NCBI GenBank assembly: GCA_032718475.1
Contig: JAUCBJ010008839.1
Span: forward strand, 1-64,000
Direction of reading: 5' to 3'
Source of the DNA: Nemertoderma westbladi
Lineage: Eukaryota; Animalia; Xenacoelomorpha
Length of the DNA: 64,000 nucleotides
This document shows positions 25,901 to 39,202 of the stretch, in pieces. Position 1 is the first letter of the stretch; the number at the start of each line of letters is the position of its first letter. The position numbers and the translations under genes are program-made. The notes beneath the pieces were generated by a model that was not told the origin of the DNA, made no database searches, and was given only the letters and a program-made list of their open reading frames with translations.

Positions 25901-28470
25901 GGTCAGTTAGGGGAGAGCGGGAAGCCAGAGCAGCAGAATGGTCAGTTAGGGGAGAGCGGGAACCCAGAGCAGCAGAGTGGTCAGTTAGGGGAGAGCGGGA
26001 GGCCAGAGCAGCAGAGTGGTCAGTTAGGGGAGAGCGGGAAGCCAGAGCAGCAGAGTGGTCAGTTAGGGGAGAGCGGGAAGCCAGAGCAGCAGAGTGGTCA
26101 GTTATGAGATAGCGGGAACCCAGAGCAGCAGAGTGGTCAGTTAGGGGAGAGCGGGAACCCAGAGCAGCAGAGTGGTCAGTTATGGGAGAGCGGGAACCCA
26201 GAGCAGCAGAGTAGTCAGTTAGGGGGGAGCGGGAACCCAGAGCAGTAGAGTGGTCAGTTAGGGGAGAGCGGGAAGCCAGAGCAGCAGAGTGGTAAGTTAG
26301 GGAAGAGCGGGAGGCCAGAGCAGCAGAGTGGTCAGTTAGGGGGGAGCGGGAACCCAGAGCAGCAGAGTGGTCAGTTAGGGGAGAGCGGGAAGCCAGAGCA
26401 GCGGAGTGGTCAGTTATGGGAGAGCGGGAACCCAGAGCAGCAGAGTGGTAAGTTAGGGAAGAGCGGGAACCCAGAGCAGCAGAGTGGTCAGTTAGGGGAG
26501 AGCGGGAAGCCAGAGCAGCAGAGTGGTCAGTTAGGGGAGAGCGGGAAGCCAGAGCAGCAGAGTGGTCAGTTATGGGAGAGCGGGAACCCAGAGCAGCAGC
26601 GAGTGGTCAGTTAGGGGAGAGCGGGAAGCCAGAGCAGCAGAATGGTCAGTTAGGGGAGAGCGGGAAGCCAGAGCAGCAGAGTGGTCAGTTAGGGGAGAGT
26701 GGGAAGCCAGAGCAGCAGAGTGGTCAGTTATGGGAGAGCGGGAACCCAGAGCAGCAGCGAGTGGTCAGTTAGGGGAGAGCGGGAAGCCAGAGCAGCAGAA
26801 TGGTCAGTTAGGGGAGAGCGGGAACCCAGAGCAGCAGAGTGGTCAGTTAGGGGAGAGCGGGAGGCCAGAGCAGCAGAGTGGTCAGTTAGGGAAGAGCGGG
26901 AGGCCAGAGCAGCAGAGTGGTCAGTTATGGGAGAGCGGGAACCCAGAGCAGCATAGTGGTCAGTTAGGGGAGAGCGGGAACCCAGAGCAGTAGAGTGGTC
27001 AGTTAGGGGAGAGTGGGAAGCCAGAGCAGCAGAGTGGTCAGTTAGGGGAGAGTGGGAAGCCAGAGCAGCAGAGTGGTCAGTTAGGGGAGAGTGGGAAGCC
27101 AGAGCAGCAGAGTGGTCAGTTAGGGGAGAGTGGGATCCCGGAGCAGCAGAGTGATCAGTTATGGGAGATTTCCCAGAGAGACCACCATGAGTAGATGGGG
27201 CCCGGTTATCCCCAGACTGGTCTTTATCCCCCCGATTCCTCGTCTCCCCAGACTGATCTCCAGACCCTCTACCAGACTTCCCCGAACTCTCACCGAATAT
27301 ATTATTACACATCACCTTCTCAAAATGCTCAAACTTGACGACATCTTTCTCTAACTCATTTAACTCGTTGTTGATACATTGATCGTACGGTTTTATAAGT
27401 TGAGCCTTGATCAAGGCCAGTCTGGCGCCCCGGTAACCCCCTTTCATTCGCTTTGCCTTCCCGGCTAGATAGAAACACTTTACCTTTTCTTTATCCGCCA
27501 CGGGAATGTTATGAATAACTTTATTTGTGTACTTCAACACTTTTTGCCATTCTCCCATCTTGTAAGCACAGATCGCCGCGTTGCTATAGACAACCTGACT
27601 GCACTTATACCAGTCGGTCTGCTCTTCCTCGCTTTCTAAAGTACAATCCTCGACTATATGGGTCGCTTTTAGGTACTTCTTGAAGGCCCAATCGAACTGT
27701 TTGTGTTTGTAAAGGTCATTCCCGTAATATTTCTCAGTCATAAACGCGCGTTTAACTTGTGAGAATGTTAGAGCGCGTCTCTCGTACTCGTCCATGGAGT
27801 AATTATCCTGGTTGGACGTCCTGGAAGTTCTCGAGGACGATAACCCACAGAGGTGGAATCCGTGGCCCCAACCTTAGTTGCCCGGCAACCACCCCTCTGG
27901 GGCCAATAGGAAGCGAGCGGCCTCCCCCCAGACGCATCGTGCTCACGGCCACGTCCACCCCGGGCCACATACGGCCCGCGTTCAATCGGAACCGCTCCGG
28001 ACGTCGGCGTAGGTACGTGGAGTCCATCGGTTCGTCGGCGAACTCGTGGAGTCGTGGTACATGTTGTAGTGGATCGTTACGAAGGCGCCCTCCGGTACGA
28101 GAAGTCCGTCGCCGGGGGTTATAGTCTCCTTAAGGACGCTGACGACAGGGAAGTAATCAGAGATGTCAGTCATTCGGTGTGTCATTAACCGAAAGGGAGA
28201 CTCATTGGAATCCGTGGCTTCGCCACCCACCCCTAAACAGTCTGGGTTTAAGTATTTCATGACATCCTCTTCCTCGAAGTAGTTCTTATACGGTACAGGT
28301 TTAATAGGTTCCGGCATTCCGTATTCCATTTCGCCGACATCGAATATAACTCCCTCCTCTCCGCGGAGTCGGTTTACGTCTATCGGGTCTCGGATCGACT
28401 CGCCGAAATCCCGATTCTCGTTTCGTTCCACCGCCGACATATCTGTGCACTCATCGATAAAAATAGCCAT
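22948..28470 (-). pseudogene. FKBP6: FKBP6/shutdown-like piRNA co-chaperone (FKBP PPIase + TPR + C-terminal tail); intronless, disrupted as assembled
   Basis: Three ORF pieces: 28470-27982 (SPFRLMTHRMTDIS...VLKETITPGDGLLVPEGAFVTIHYNMY), 28027-27803 (DSTYLRRRPERFRL...GVDVAVSTMRLG...PRIPP) and 27795-26728 (TPR: GNDLYKHKQFDWAFKKYLKA...SNAAICAYK...KCFYLAGKA...AQLIKPYDQCINNEL). A shutdown-like tail lies at 23133-22948. The first, TPR and tail pieces share one frame. May be an intact gene with assembly errors. Confidence 0.82.
23178..27165. repeat. 39-bp minisatellite (~100 units) inside the FKBP6-like coding region
   Basis: Unit gagtggtcagttaggggagagcgggaa(c/g)ccagagcagca; the minus strand encodes SPLTDHSAALASR. 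Confidence 0.97.
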
Positions 28471-28493
28471 GAGGAGTCGAGTAACGTTTACAC

Positions 28494-28501
28494 CCGGAAG
28501 T
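28494..28501. promoter_or_regulatory. ETS-type motif CCGGAAGT just upstream of the FKBP6-like ATG
   Basis: Exact consensus match 24 bp upstream of ATG 28470. Confidence 0.35.
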
Positions 28502-28799
28502 ATTGCTGTATTACATAGTTATAAAGGTTCCCCAGTCGCCCAGTCTACGTTTACAACAAAATATTTTCATGCAAAACTGGACGAGCGCAACGAGGCTTTT
28601 GGTTAAAATAACGTGCCACTGTAACCTGCTCCTTTCCCTAAATTGAGAATTTAATATTGAGGCGGGATATTAATTCGCCAAGGCGGGATTTGCGTCCAGT
28701 TGTTTTCCCCCAGTCTCAACAAATTTACCAAATAAATGGTTACGTTCCGCCAGAAGGCACTACTCTGTGCATTCATTCATTACTTCCTTGTCTTTCTTA

Positions 28800-30814
28800 G
28801 TAATATCAGAGAAAGAGATAACTAATTGTATAAATTTAGGAAATACCGTGTTTTACCTGATTATAATAATTACTGCAAATATAGAAACCTTGTCCAACGG
28901 GAAATAAAAAAAGCTAAATCTGAATATTTGTACAACAAAATAAGTGAGAATAAAGATAATCCTAAAAGTCTATGGTCTACCCTAAAATCTTTAGGTTATA
29001 AAAACCTTAAATCTAAATCGAATATTGTTCTGCAAGATAACGGTGAGCTGATTCATGATCATACTCTAGATAGTAATTTATTTAATAATTATTTTCCTAA
29101 TGTTGCCTCTAATTTAGTTAAGAAGTTACCGTTATCAAGTAATAAATATAGTATAGGGTCCGAAACTCTAAATAATTTTTATTTAGAAAAGTTACAAAAT
29201 TCAGAAAAGTTATTTTTAAAACCCGTTTCTGAGGATTTCGTTTCTCAAAATCTACTTAGCCTATCAGCCTCAAAAACTACCGGTCTAGACCTATTACCTG
29301 CCCGTTTTCTTAAGGATGGTACTGAAGTACTTAAAGTGCCTATTACTTTTATTATTAATTACTCTATCGTAGATAATGTAGTACCAGACGAACTGAAATT
29401 AGCTAAGGTTGTTCCTCTGTATAAAAAGAATAGTAAAGTAGAACCCTGTAATTACAGACCTGTTAGTATCTTAAGTATTGTATCTAAAATTCTAGAACGT
29501 TCTGTTTTTCTACAGCTGGAAGCACATCTAAGTAGGCTAAATCTGATCTATGAACTTCAGTCCGGTTTTCGTAAATCATATTCTACAGACACCTGCCTTA
29601 TTAACTTAACTGATACAATTAGATGTAATAACGCAAAGGGTTTATATACTGGTATGGTAATGTTGGACCTACAAAAGGCTTTCGATACTGTAGATCATGA
29701 AATTCTGCTTGGTAAGTTAGGCCTGATGGGTGTAGGTTCTATAGACTGGTTCAAGTCCTACCTGTCAGACAGAGGTCAAACTGTAGTTTTTAGCAAATCG
29801 CAGTCTACTGTACAAGAGATTACCTGTGGTGTACCGCAAGGTAGTATATTAGGTCCTCTGCTTTTTGTATGCTATGTAAATGATATGATAAGTACGCCAC
29901 ATTGGATAACTGCTTATCTGGAGAAAGTACAGTGAAAAATATTTTCTCGAAAGTTAACAGTAGGCTTAGGTTTCTATACAGAAATAAAAATAGTTTAAAG
30001 TAACTTTGCTCTTCTTTAATACAGTGTCACATGGACTATGCATGCTCTTCTTGGTATGAAGGCTTAACCAAACAGCTTAAATGTAAATTACAAGTTGCTC
30101 AGAATAAAGTAGTACGATTTATTAAAGACTACAAACCTAGGCACCACTTAACTCTTAACTACTTAACTTAGATAATAGAGTTAAGCAGCTACGCCTTAAC
30201 CATGTGCATAAAGTGTATAATGGTAAATGTCCCAATTACCTAAAACAAAAATTCAACAGAGTACGCGATACACACTCTTACAGTACCAGAGCTAGTGCTT
30301 CAAACTTTTACCTCCCGAATTGTAAATCCTTTGAATCTGATACTTTCTTTTTTAACGGCATTAAAAATTGGAACGCTCTGCCCTGCCTAATGAAATTAAA
30401 AACCTAGATAATCAACATTATTTTAAATCTGCAGTTAAATCTCACCTCCGTGTGCAATGTAAAAATAGGTACAATAGTCCTACAGTAAGTTATTAGTGTA
30501 TGAATTATTTACTATTTATACTGTAATTACGTTTTATAATAAATTGTTCTGTACATTACATCTTTATCGTTGAGTCGGACATTGTCACGCTCTCGGTAAA
30601 GTTGTACATGTACATAGTGTAATTACGTTTTATATTGGTTTTAGGTTAGCGTAGTGTAATATTGTATTTGTTACCCGCTTGGAAATAAGCTGCAAAGCTT
30701 TAGGGGTAATCCTATATGTTATGTTGGACAATACCTTTATACCGGTACATTGTTTGGTGTATTTGTTATTGTTTTTACATAATGTATAAATAAATCTATC
30801 TATCTATCTATCTA
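28800..30814 (+). mobile_element. 5'-truncated, internally deleted CR1-group (Crack-like) LINE
   Basis: ORF 28826-29935: [46 protein letters not shown]. The YADD region is deleted at ~29893 (jumps to [10 protein letters not shown] in another frame). Later HSYSTR...FFNGIKNWNALP; ends aataaataaa(tcta)n. Confidence 0.92.
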
Positions 30815-32027
30815 TGTTAATATTGTTACGGGAATTACATTTACTAGGCCTATTCAGATGTTTACCCAATTATTAGATTGCCTACCGACATTGATAGCAC
30901 TTATTTCGGTTTTTGCACCAAACGTTCACGTAACAAACTGTGTAAATCAATGTTCTTGCTAACTTATTTAAATTTTACTAAGATCGATTAATCTAAATCT
31001 TTCGAAACCTAAGAAATACTAGGAATTGCCATATATTATATTCGTTTTATTGAAATTAAACAAACATATTTATATAACTTACACATATTGCGCCATAATA
31101 TGTTATAGAAAAAAGTAATTCCTAGATACAGAGCAATTTTTTGTTCGCTTCGCTCGATTTTTATGGGCAACAACAATGTTGCTTACATCCTAATAATAAT
31201 TCGTCGTCCCACAACCATTTTGATCTGCCTGCAAAATTTCGGTGCCGGTACAATTTCGGCAGAATCAGTACGAAGTTTCCCACGTGAACTGAACATACAT
31301 ATATAATACGTCAATACCATCTAAGCCGAGTCAGGGGGTGGGTTGGGGGAGTGGGGCTTGAGGCAAATCCCATCTCCATGCTTAATTATCAATAAGGAAA
31401 AAGAGCAGGTTATTGGACGTTATTATAACCAAAACAATAAACTAAAGTCAATAGAACGGGTTTCAGTTAAATTTTTTGGAGTAAGAAATTGTTATTTGCA
31501 TTGATTTCTCCTGGAGAGGGGTGAATTTTGATTGCATCGAATTGGACTGTATCCACCCCTATTTGCCAGGCATGGAGGCCTATCTGAGATATATTGAGTA
31601 TATAATAGGAAAACATATAATAGTTTGTCCATAATATTTGTTTATGCCAGTAGGTAGACACGGAACGACGAGCTTTTGTGGAGGTTGATCTCTCCTACTC
31701 CTGAGGAAGTGGAAGCATGAAGAATATGGAAAGATCTGAGGGCCACAATGATTCATTGTCAATATGGGCTGGGCCCAGCATAAAAGGTTGCGATATCTTC
31801 TGTAGTCAGGGTCCATTGTGGGATTCTATAGAATTGGCTCAACTGCAGCTCCGGAAAAAGGTGGTGCCCTTTGAAGAATATACCTACTCCCTCCAGATCT
31901 TAGACAGTATGGTAAGCCACGCTGACTGAGCAGACTGCAGATACAGTTTACTGACACCCCCAAGCTGGCATGAACTGCGAATACACCTGCTAACGTTGGA
32001 GGTAAATAGGTGAATAAAACCTGTAAA

Positions 32028-32805
32028 AGTAGGTGACACGTTCGTGGGCCCTTCGCGCAGCACGGGGTAGGTGACACGTTCGTGGGGTCTTCGCGCAGCA
32101 CGAGGTTGGTGACACGTTCGTGGGGCCTTCGTGAAGCACGAGGTACTACTAGGATCGGCATGCTGCATTGCAGCTGCATTTTTAAGAATGCTGTGCCGGC
32201 TTGTCAACAAAATTGCACCGCCACAACTCCCTATCACCCATGACATTTGCTAGATCATCCGCATCTTCAAGGCCAGTGTCCTTTAAGAGGCGTCTCAAGA
32301 AAGTCATGGGCTGTCCACCATGCTTATTCACTCCATGAGGCTGCCAAAGTACAAGATTATGCACTGGCTGGTCCTCACGGCGAAAGCAATGTCCTGCAAA
32401 GCGGAGTCGATTTTGTTCTAGTGTCAAGCTTGGGGGAACCAATGAGACACCTCCAATGTTATATAGTGTCTGGTTGGAGATGTGTGCATTGTACTTGACA
32501 CAATGTACCCGGCGTAGCATTCTTGTGAATGTGCCATCCAGAGATTTGGTGTCCTCAGCAGTTAGAGCCCAGCATGGACTCCCGTAGAGGAGTACTGGAA
32601 CTACTGCTGCTCTAAATAATCGGACCTTAAGTTTCCGATTAATTCTAGGTGACTTCCAAATCCTGGAAAGCCTATTCAAGGCTGCCCATGCCTTTCCCTT
32701 ACGTATTCGAAGGTCCTCACGAGGTACGAGGTAGGTGACACGTTCGTGGGGTCTTCGTGAAGCACGAGGTAGGTGACACGTTCGTGGGGCCTTCGCGCAG
32801 CACGA
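32028..32805. repeat. 38-bp tandem repeat interrupted by an RTE insertion
   Basis: gtaggtgacacgttcgtggg(g/c)(c/t)cttcgcgcagcacga: 3 units at 32028-32146 and 2 units at ~32729-32805. Confidence 0.85.
32144..32720 (-). mobile_element. RTE-clade LINE 3' fragment
   Basis: ORF 32182-32679 (KLKVRLFRAAVVPVLLYGSPCW, RLRFAGHCFRR, DRELWR) preceded by IRKGKAWAAL; short (GTA)n tail; cacgaggtac on both flanks. Confidence 0.88.
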
Positions 32806-33364
32806 TGTCTAGCTGAGCCGTTGGGTAGCAATAGAGTTAGTGGACTTTTTCAATCCCCATAGCAGCCGGCGGTTGATGTGTGTCCTTATTATAATTTCTA
32901 AACTTTTGATAGACTACATGTGTACCAAGTTTGGTTCCATTTCATCAATGACAGAACAGGAAATACGTGGTATTATACGTGGTATTGATTGATGATTACT
33001 GGTATTGAACTGCTATTGGGCCTCCAATAACTGTTTGCTTTATATGTACAATGTTACCTTTAAATAGAAATGATAACACATTATTATGGTGTTGCGTACG
33101 AGTAGTGATATAAATAGTGTTGAATGATATATAAATATATCAGAGAAAGAGAGAAGATAAAATCATATCTATAAAGGGTGAACCCCTTTACTTGTACTAC
33201 CACTGTCACGAGTGTCACCCCCTCATCCCTTCAAAAATATAACTAGACAAGCCAATTCATAGAATTAATTGTTTACTCACACACAAAGGGCGTTGTTGTT
33301 TGTGTATAAAGTACAATGGTGAACAGGTATTGTATTCGAGAAAATTATAAACCAGCCATACAAA

Positions 33365-34804
33365 ATGCTATTAAGAGAAGCTATTGAATTAGTATTGATG
33401 TCTTTACAGCATTTATCTGCAGTCACGTGCATTGTAGAAAATTATAAAACGGAGATGATCACGAAAATATGCAAGAACAATCAATTAATATTAACGTTAA
33501 AAGTTTCCAATATTATTATCTCGCTAAATATAATGTCTATCCTTTTGTTTGTATTCGGTGCCGACCACCCGAATAAAACGCACTTCTCTTTGAACAAGGA
33601 CGAGGCCGGGAATAAATACCGGGCGAAGTTTAGCGAGCGCCCGTTCGCTGCGGGCGCAATGCGGTACGCGTTCACGGGAGTCTACAGCGGGGCTGGGATA
33701 CCGAAAAACGGAGAGCAATGTGTCGTTAAAGTCTACAAACAGCGCGCGAATAATAGAGACATTAGAAACTGTCTCCCGGACGTGGCGGCGAGTAGAACCG
33801 CTGCTTCGTACGCAGAACGGTTCATGGAAGTGTGCGGAACGCGGTTCCCAGCCCATTCAGTAGAGTTTGTGGTCCCGTTAATCGCGCAGATGGATAAAAT
33901 ATCGCGATTTGAAGTTCTCGGGACTATCCCGATCTACACAAACGATCTCGTATCCGCGATGGATTTCGTTACCATCGAGCCCTTTATCGGAGACCGTTAC
34001 CAAAGATTCAGCGACAACGGATGTTACGAAGCTCACGGTTGCGAGTTTCTAACGGCCTTCTCTCATTGGACGTTGGTGATAAGTGATAACGAGTGCCTTG
34101 TGTGCGACCTACAGGGAGTCCGTAAGGAGGGCAGATACGTGTTGACCGACCCCGCGATACATTCAGCTGAACAACGTTTTGGGTTAACCGACTTCGGTCT
34201 GGAAGGAATCGACCGTTACATGGAGTCCCACAGATGCAATGAGTTCTGTCGCGCGTTGGGTCTAAGTGAACGCTGTTCAGAACAATCAGTCGGTGAGGAA
34301 CTGCCATTCAGCGTGGAACAATCAGTCGGCGAGGAACTGTCAGTCAGTGTGAGACAATCAGTCGGCGAGGAACTGTCAGTCAGCGTGGAACAATCAGACG
34401 GTGAGGAACTGTCAGTCAGTGAGGAACTGTCAGTCAGCGTGGAACAATCAGACGGCGAGGAGCTGTCAGTTAGTGAGGAACTGTCAGTCAGCGTGGAACA
34501 ATCAGTCGGTGAAGAATTGTCAGTCATCTTCGAACAATCAATCGAATCAGTCGGTGAGGAACAATCAGTAAGTTCCAATCCCCATGTCAGCAACTACGCC
34601 AATAAATACGTTGAATCCCAAACGAAACTAATTGGTAATATTGATCAGAAACGTAAGACTAATAATAATTACGCAGATCTATTCGTTAAAACTCAAACAA
34701 AACCAAAAGTCAAACGTCACCACAAACTTAAAACGTTAAAAACATTATCCAAGGTGTTACAACATGTATTGGCTGTATATGATGCGATAGGAGCCATCGT
34801 ATAA
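33365..34804 (+). CDS. Alpha-kinase (eEF2K/MHCK-type atypical kinase) with acidic repeat tail; more likely start is ATG 33533
   Basis: PFAAGAMRYAF, CVVKVYK, IEPFIG.YQRF..N, AFSHWT, LVCDLQGV, YVLTDPAIHS, FGLTDFGLEGI and the zinc motif HRCNEFC..LGL; uninterrupted single ORF. Confidence 0.92.
   Translation: MLLREAIELVLMSLQHLSAVTCIVENYKTEMITKICKNNQLILTLKVSNIIISLNIMSILLFVFGADHPNKTHFSLNKDEAGNKYRAKFSERPFAAGAMRYAFTGVYSGAGIPKNGEQCVVKVYKQRANNRDIRNCLPDVAASRTAASYAERFMEVCGTRFPAHSVEFVVPLIAQMDKISRFEVLGTIPIYTNDLVSAMDFVTIEPFIGDRYQRFSDNGCYEAHGCEFLTAFSHWTLVISDNECLVCDLQGVRKEGRYVLTDPAIHSAEQRFGLTDFGLEGIDRYMESHRCNEFCRALGLSERCSEQSVGEELPFSVEQSVGEELSVSVRQSVGEELSVSVEQSDGEELSVSEELSVSVEQSDGEELSVSEELSVSVEQSVGEELSVIFEQSIESVGEEQSVSSNPHVSNYANKYVESQTKLIGNIDQKRKTNNNYADLFVKTQTKPKVKRHHKLKTLKTLSKVLQHVLAVYDAIGAIV
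34275..34570 (+). repeat. Coding 39/21-bp repeats (SVEQSVGEELSV) in the alpha-kinase tail
   Basis: gaacaatcagtcggtgaggaactgtcagtcagc repeated ~7 times in frame. Confidence 0.85.
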
Positions 34805-36891
34805 ACTCATATATTATTTCCAACAATAACATCCCGTGCAATAATTCATCACGATTTTCTTTTTACGGAAATTTATCCAAAATTAACAGATTAGAATAGT
34901 TTCTAATTAATAAACAAAGATATTATTTTTCATTTTTTCATAAAGAAATATAAAACCCTGGCAGATTCATATGGAAAAATTTCCTTTAAAAATAGTTAAT
35001 CAAATTGTTCAAAGTATTAATATCTGTATGTATTGTAAATATATTTTATATGTTTTTATATGAAATATTACCGGTACTCAATGGTAATATCTAATATCCT
35101 TATACATCCTATGCAGTATTATAGGATAATAGACTAGCATAATAAACTTCAGGGATATTCATTATTTTCTAGTTACCAAGTAGGATTTTGTTATTGTTGT
35201 TTTTGTTACTCAAATTGAAGGCTATTCTGTTCTAATGTATGCTGTATTTATATGAATAATAATTGTGGAATGCTGTTTATTTATTTACAAAAAATAAAAT
35301 AATTTATTTTAATTAATGTAATAAATAATTAGGTAATCGAAATCAGAAAGATATTCAATTTCACTCTGCTTACAATGGGCCTCACCTCATACTTACATTT
35401 AATTTAAACAACCGGTTCAATACATAACAATAACATTAATAACATAATGCGCGATTTGAAGACGTAACCATATCTCTATCGTGTAACTCAAATGAATACC
35501 ATCAACATAGAAGGACATAAGTCTTCTTGATTCAGCGCTGTGAGGATTGTTGGAAGTTGCAGTAAAATTTTGTGAAGGTGGATTTCCATAACTATTGTGA
35601 CCCATCTCCATGTAATGTATGTCTGTAGTGAAGTTTCCGTTCTTGTGCCTCTGTTTCATGTAGGCATTATCTTGTGAAAGAGGTGTATGTGTTTGGTTTA
35701 GCTTTCCATATGATGAATTGCTTGAGGGATAATTGCGGATTATCCTTTCACTGTGAGCAACATTCCTTTTCATTTGAGGTTGGATATTTTCCTCGCTTAG
35801 TGGAGAAAAATAGTTGTTGGTATGAACAGGTGGAATGACTGTAGGTTGCCTATTCAAAGGGATATAGTTGCCTCGACGTCTCTGGGGGGGATATCGATGT
35901 GGTGAAACAGCTTCACCTTGGATTTTATCTACAGTTGTATCATGTGGAAAGTTGTTAATTGAGTTGCAGTTGGTATTTACTGGCTGTAATCTTATATTCT
36001 GTATGCTAATACTCTGAATATTTCTTTCAACAGTTAGTTCGCCTTCTACAGAGTTAATATTATTAGCTAACTTGTTTTTGTGAAAAGGAGGGCCGCTACA
36101 GCTTTGGGAGATATCCATTTGTGCTGACTTTGTTGTCTTTTCTTTCGCATTATTCAACTGTTTCAGTCGGATTTCTAAAACCATCCTGGAGTGACGTTCT
36201 TCATTCACTTCATCAGTTAGCTGCTTTACCCTCTCAGTCAAAGAATCATTCTGATTGTTCAACACACAGAGCTTCGATTGTACATTAGCAATGGCAGCTA
36301 GCATTTCCTTTCTTAACTGCTCCACGGCTGGATTTTCTTCCTCAGCAGTCTTTTCTTTTTCTTTGTCTCTTGCTAGCCTTTTACGACACACTGTAGTGAA
36401 GTGTTTATCAAGTACAGACCTCTGAAGTTCATAGATGTCAACTACCATTTCATGAGATGATTGTCTAGTACGCAATTGTAAAGCCATACTTTGACAGGGA
36501 GACATTAAGCTCTTAACTTCATGGTACAGCATATCACGCTGTACAACCCTTACATCGTTAACTTTTTCTTCTAAGGCCTTTAGTGCCTCTTTCCGCGGTA
36601 CTTTCGAAATGGATTTCAGAATGTGTGCACCTGGTATGAGTGAATTGTTACCAACGTCAGTATTTTCAGCTCTATTGGTGATCCTGATGCTTCAAGGCAG
36701 TACCGGTAACAACAATATCGTCGATATCACATATTTTAATGTTTTCCAAACAGTGCTTTAACCAATTCCTCAGGTTACTTCTGGCTGTATCACCAAACTG
36801 GATGCGTTTGTAATTAGATGCTAAGAAATGGGCATATAAGCAGAGATATGCGCCGCAGTCGGTGCCATTTTGCTGGCTAGGAAACTGCCGC

Positions 36892-38929
<2,038 letters not shown>

Positions 38930-39202
38930 AAAGTTAGAATCTACTGTCCATTCTTTGTTTTTATCGTTCTTTGAACTCCTGATGAGGTTGAGGAGATAAC
39001 ATAGTGACTCCACGATTGGAGGTTCTTTAGGTGTGGAGCGATATGTTGTCGATAGACTGCATAGAGTATAAACCTTTCTTTCTGGAATGTTAGCCACGTG
39101 CAGCACAAAGTGCGTACCGTCACAATCGGGAAATATAACATAACACATGGACTCCACCTCACAAACAGCAGTGACATAACGAATAATAACGATCCATAAC
39201 GA

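Noticed and set aside
23327-26993. Plus-strand ORFs (GEREARAAEWSVR) and TTAGGGG telomere-like motif
   Set aside because: Antisense of the FKBP6 coding repeat; TTAGGGG occurs once per 39-bp unit and is not tandem.
31560-32020. Degenerate LINE endonuclease on the minus strand
   Set aside because: Only scattered GVG-type hints across frames; not enough to call.
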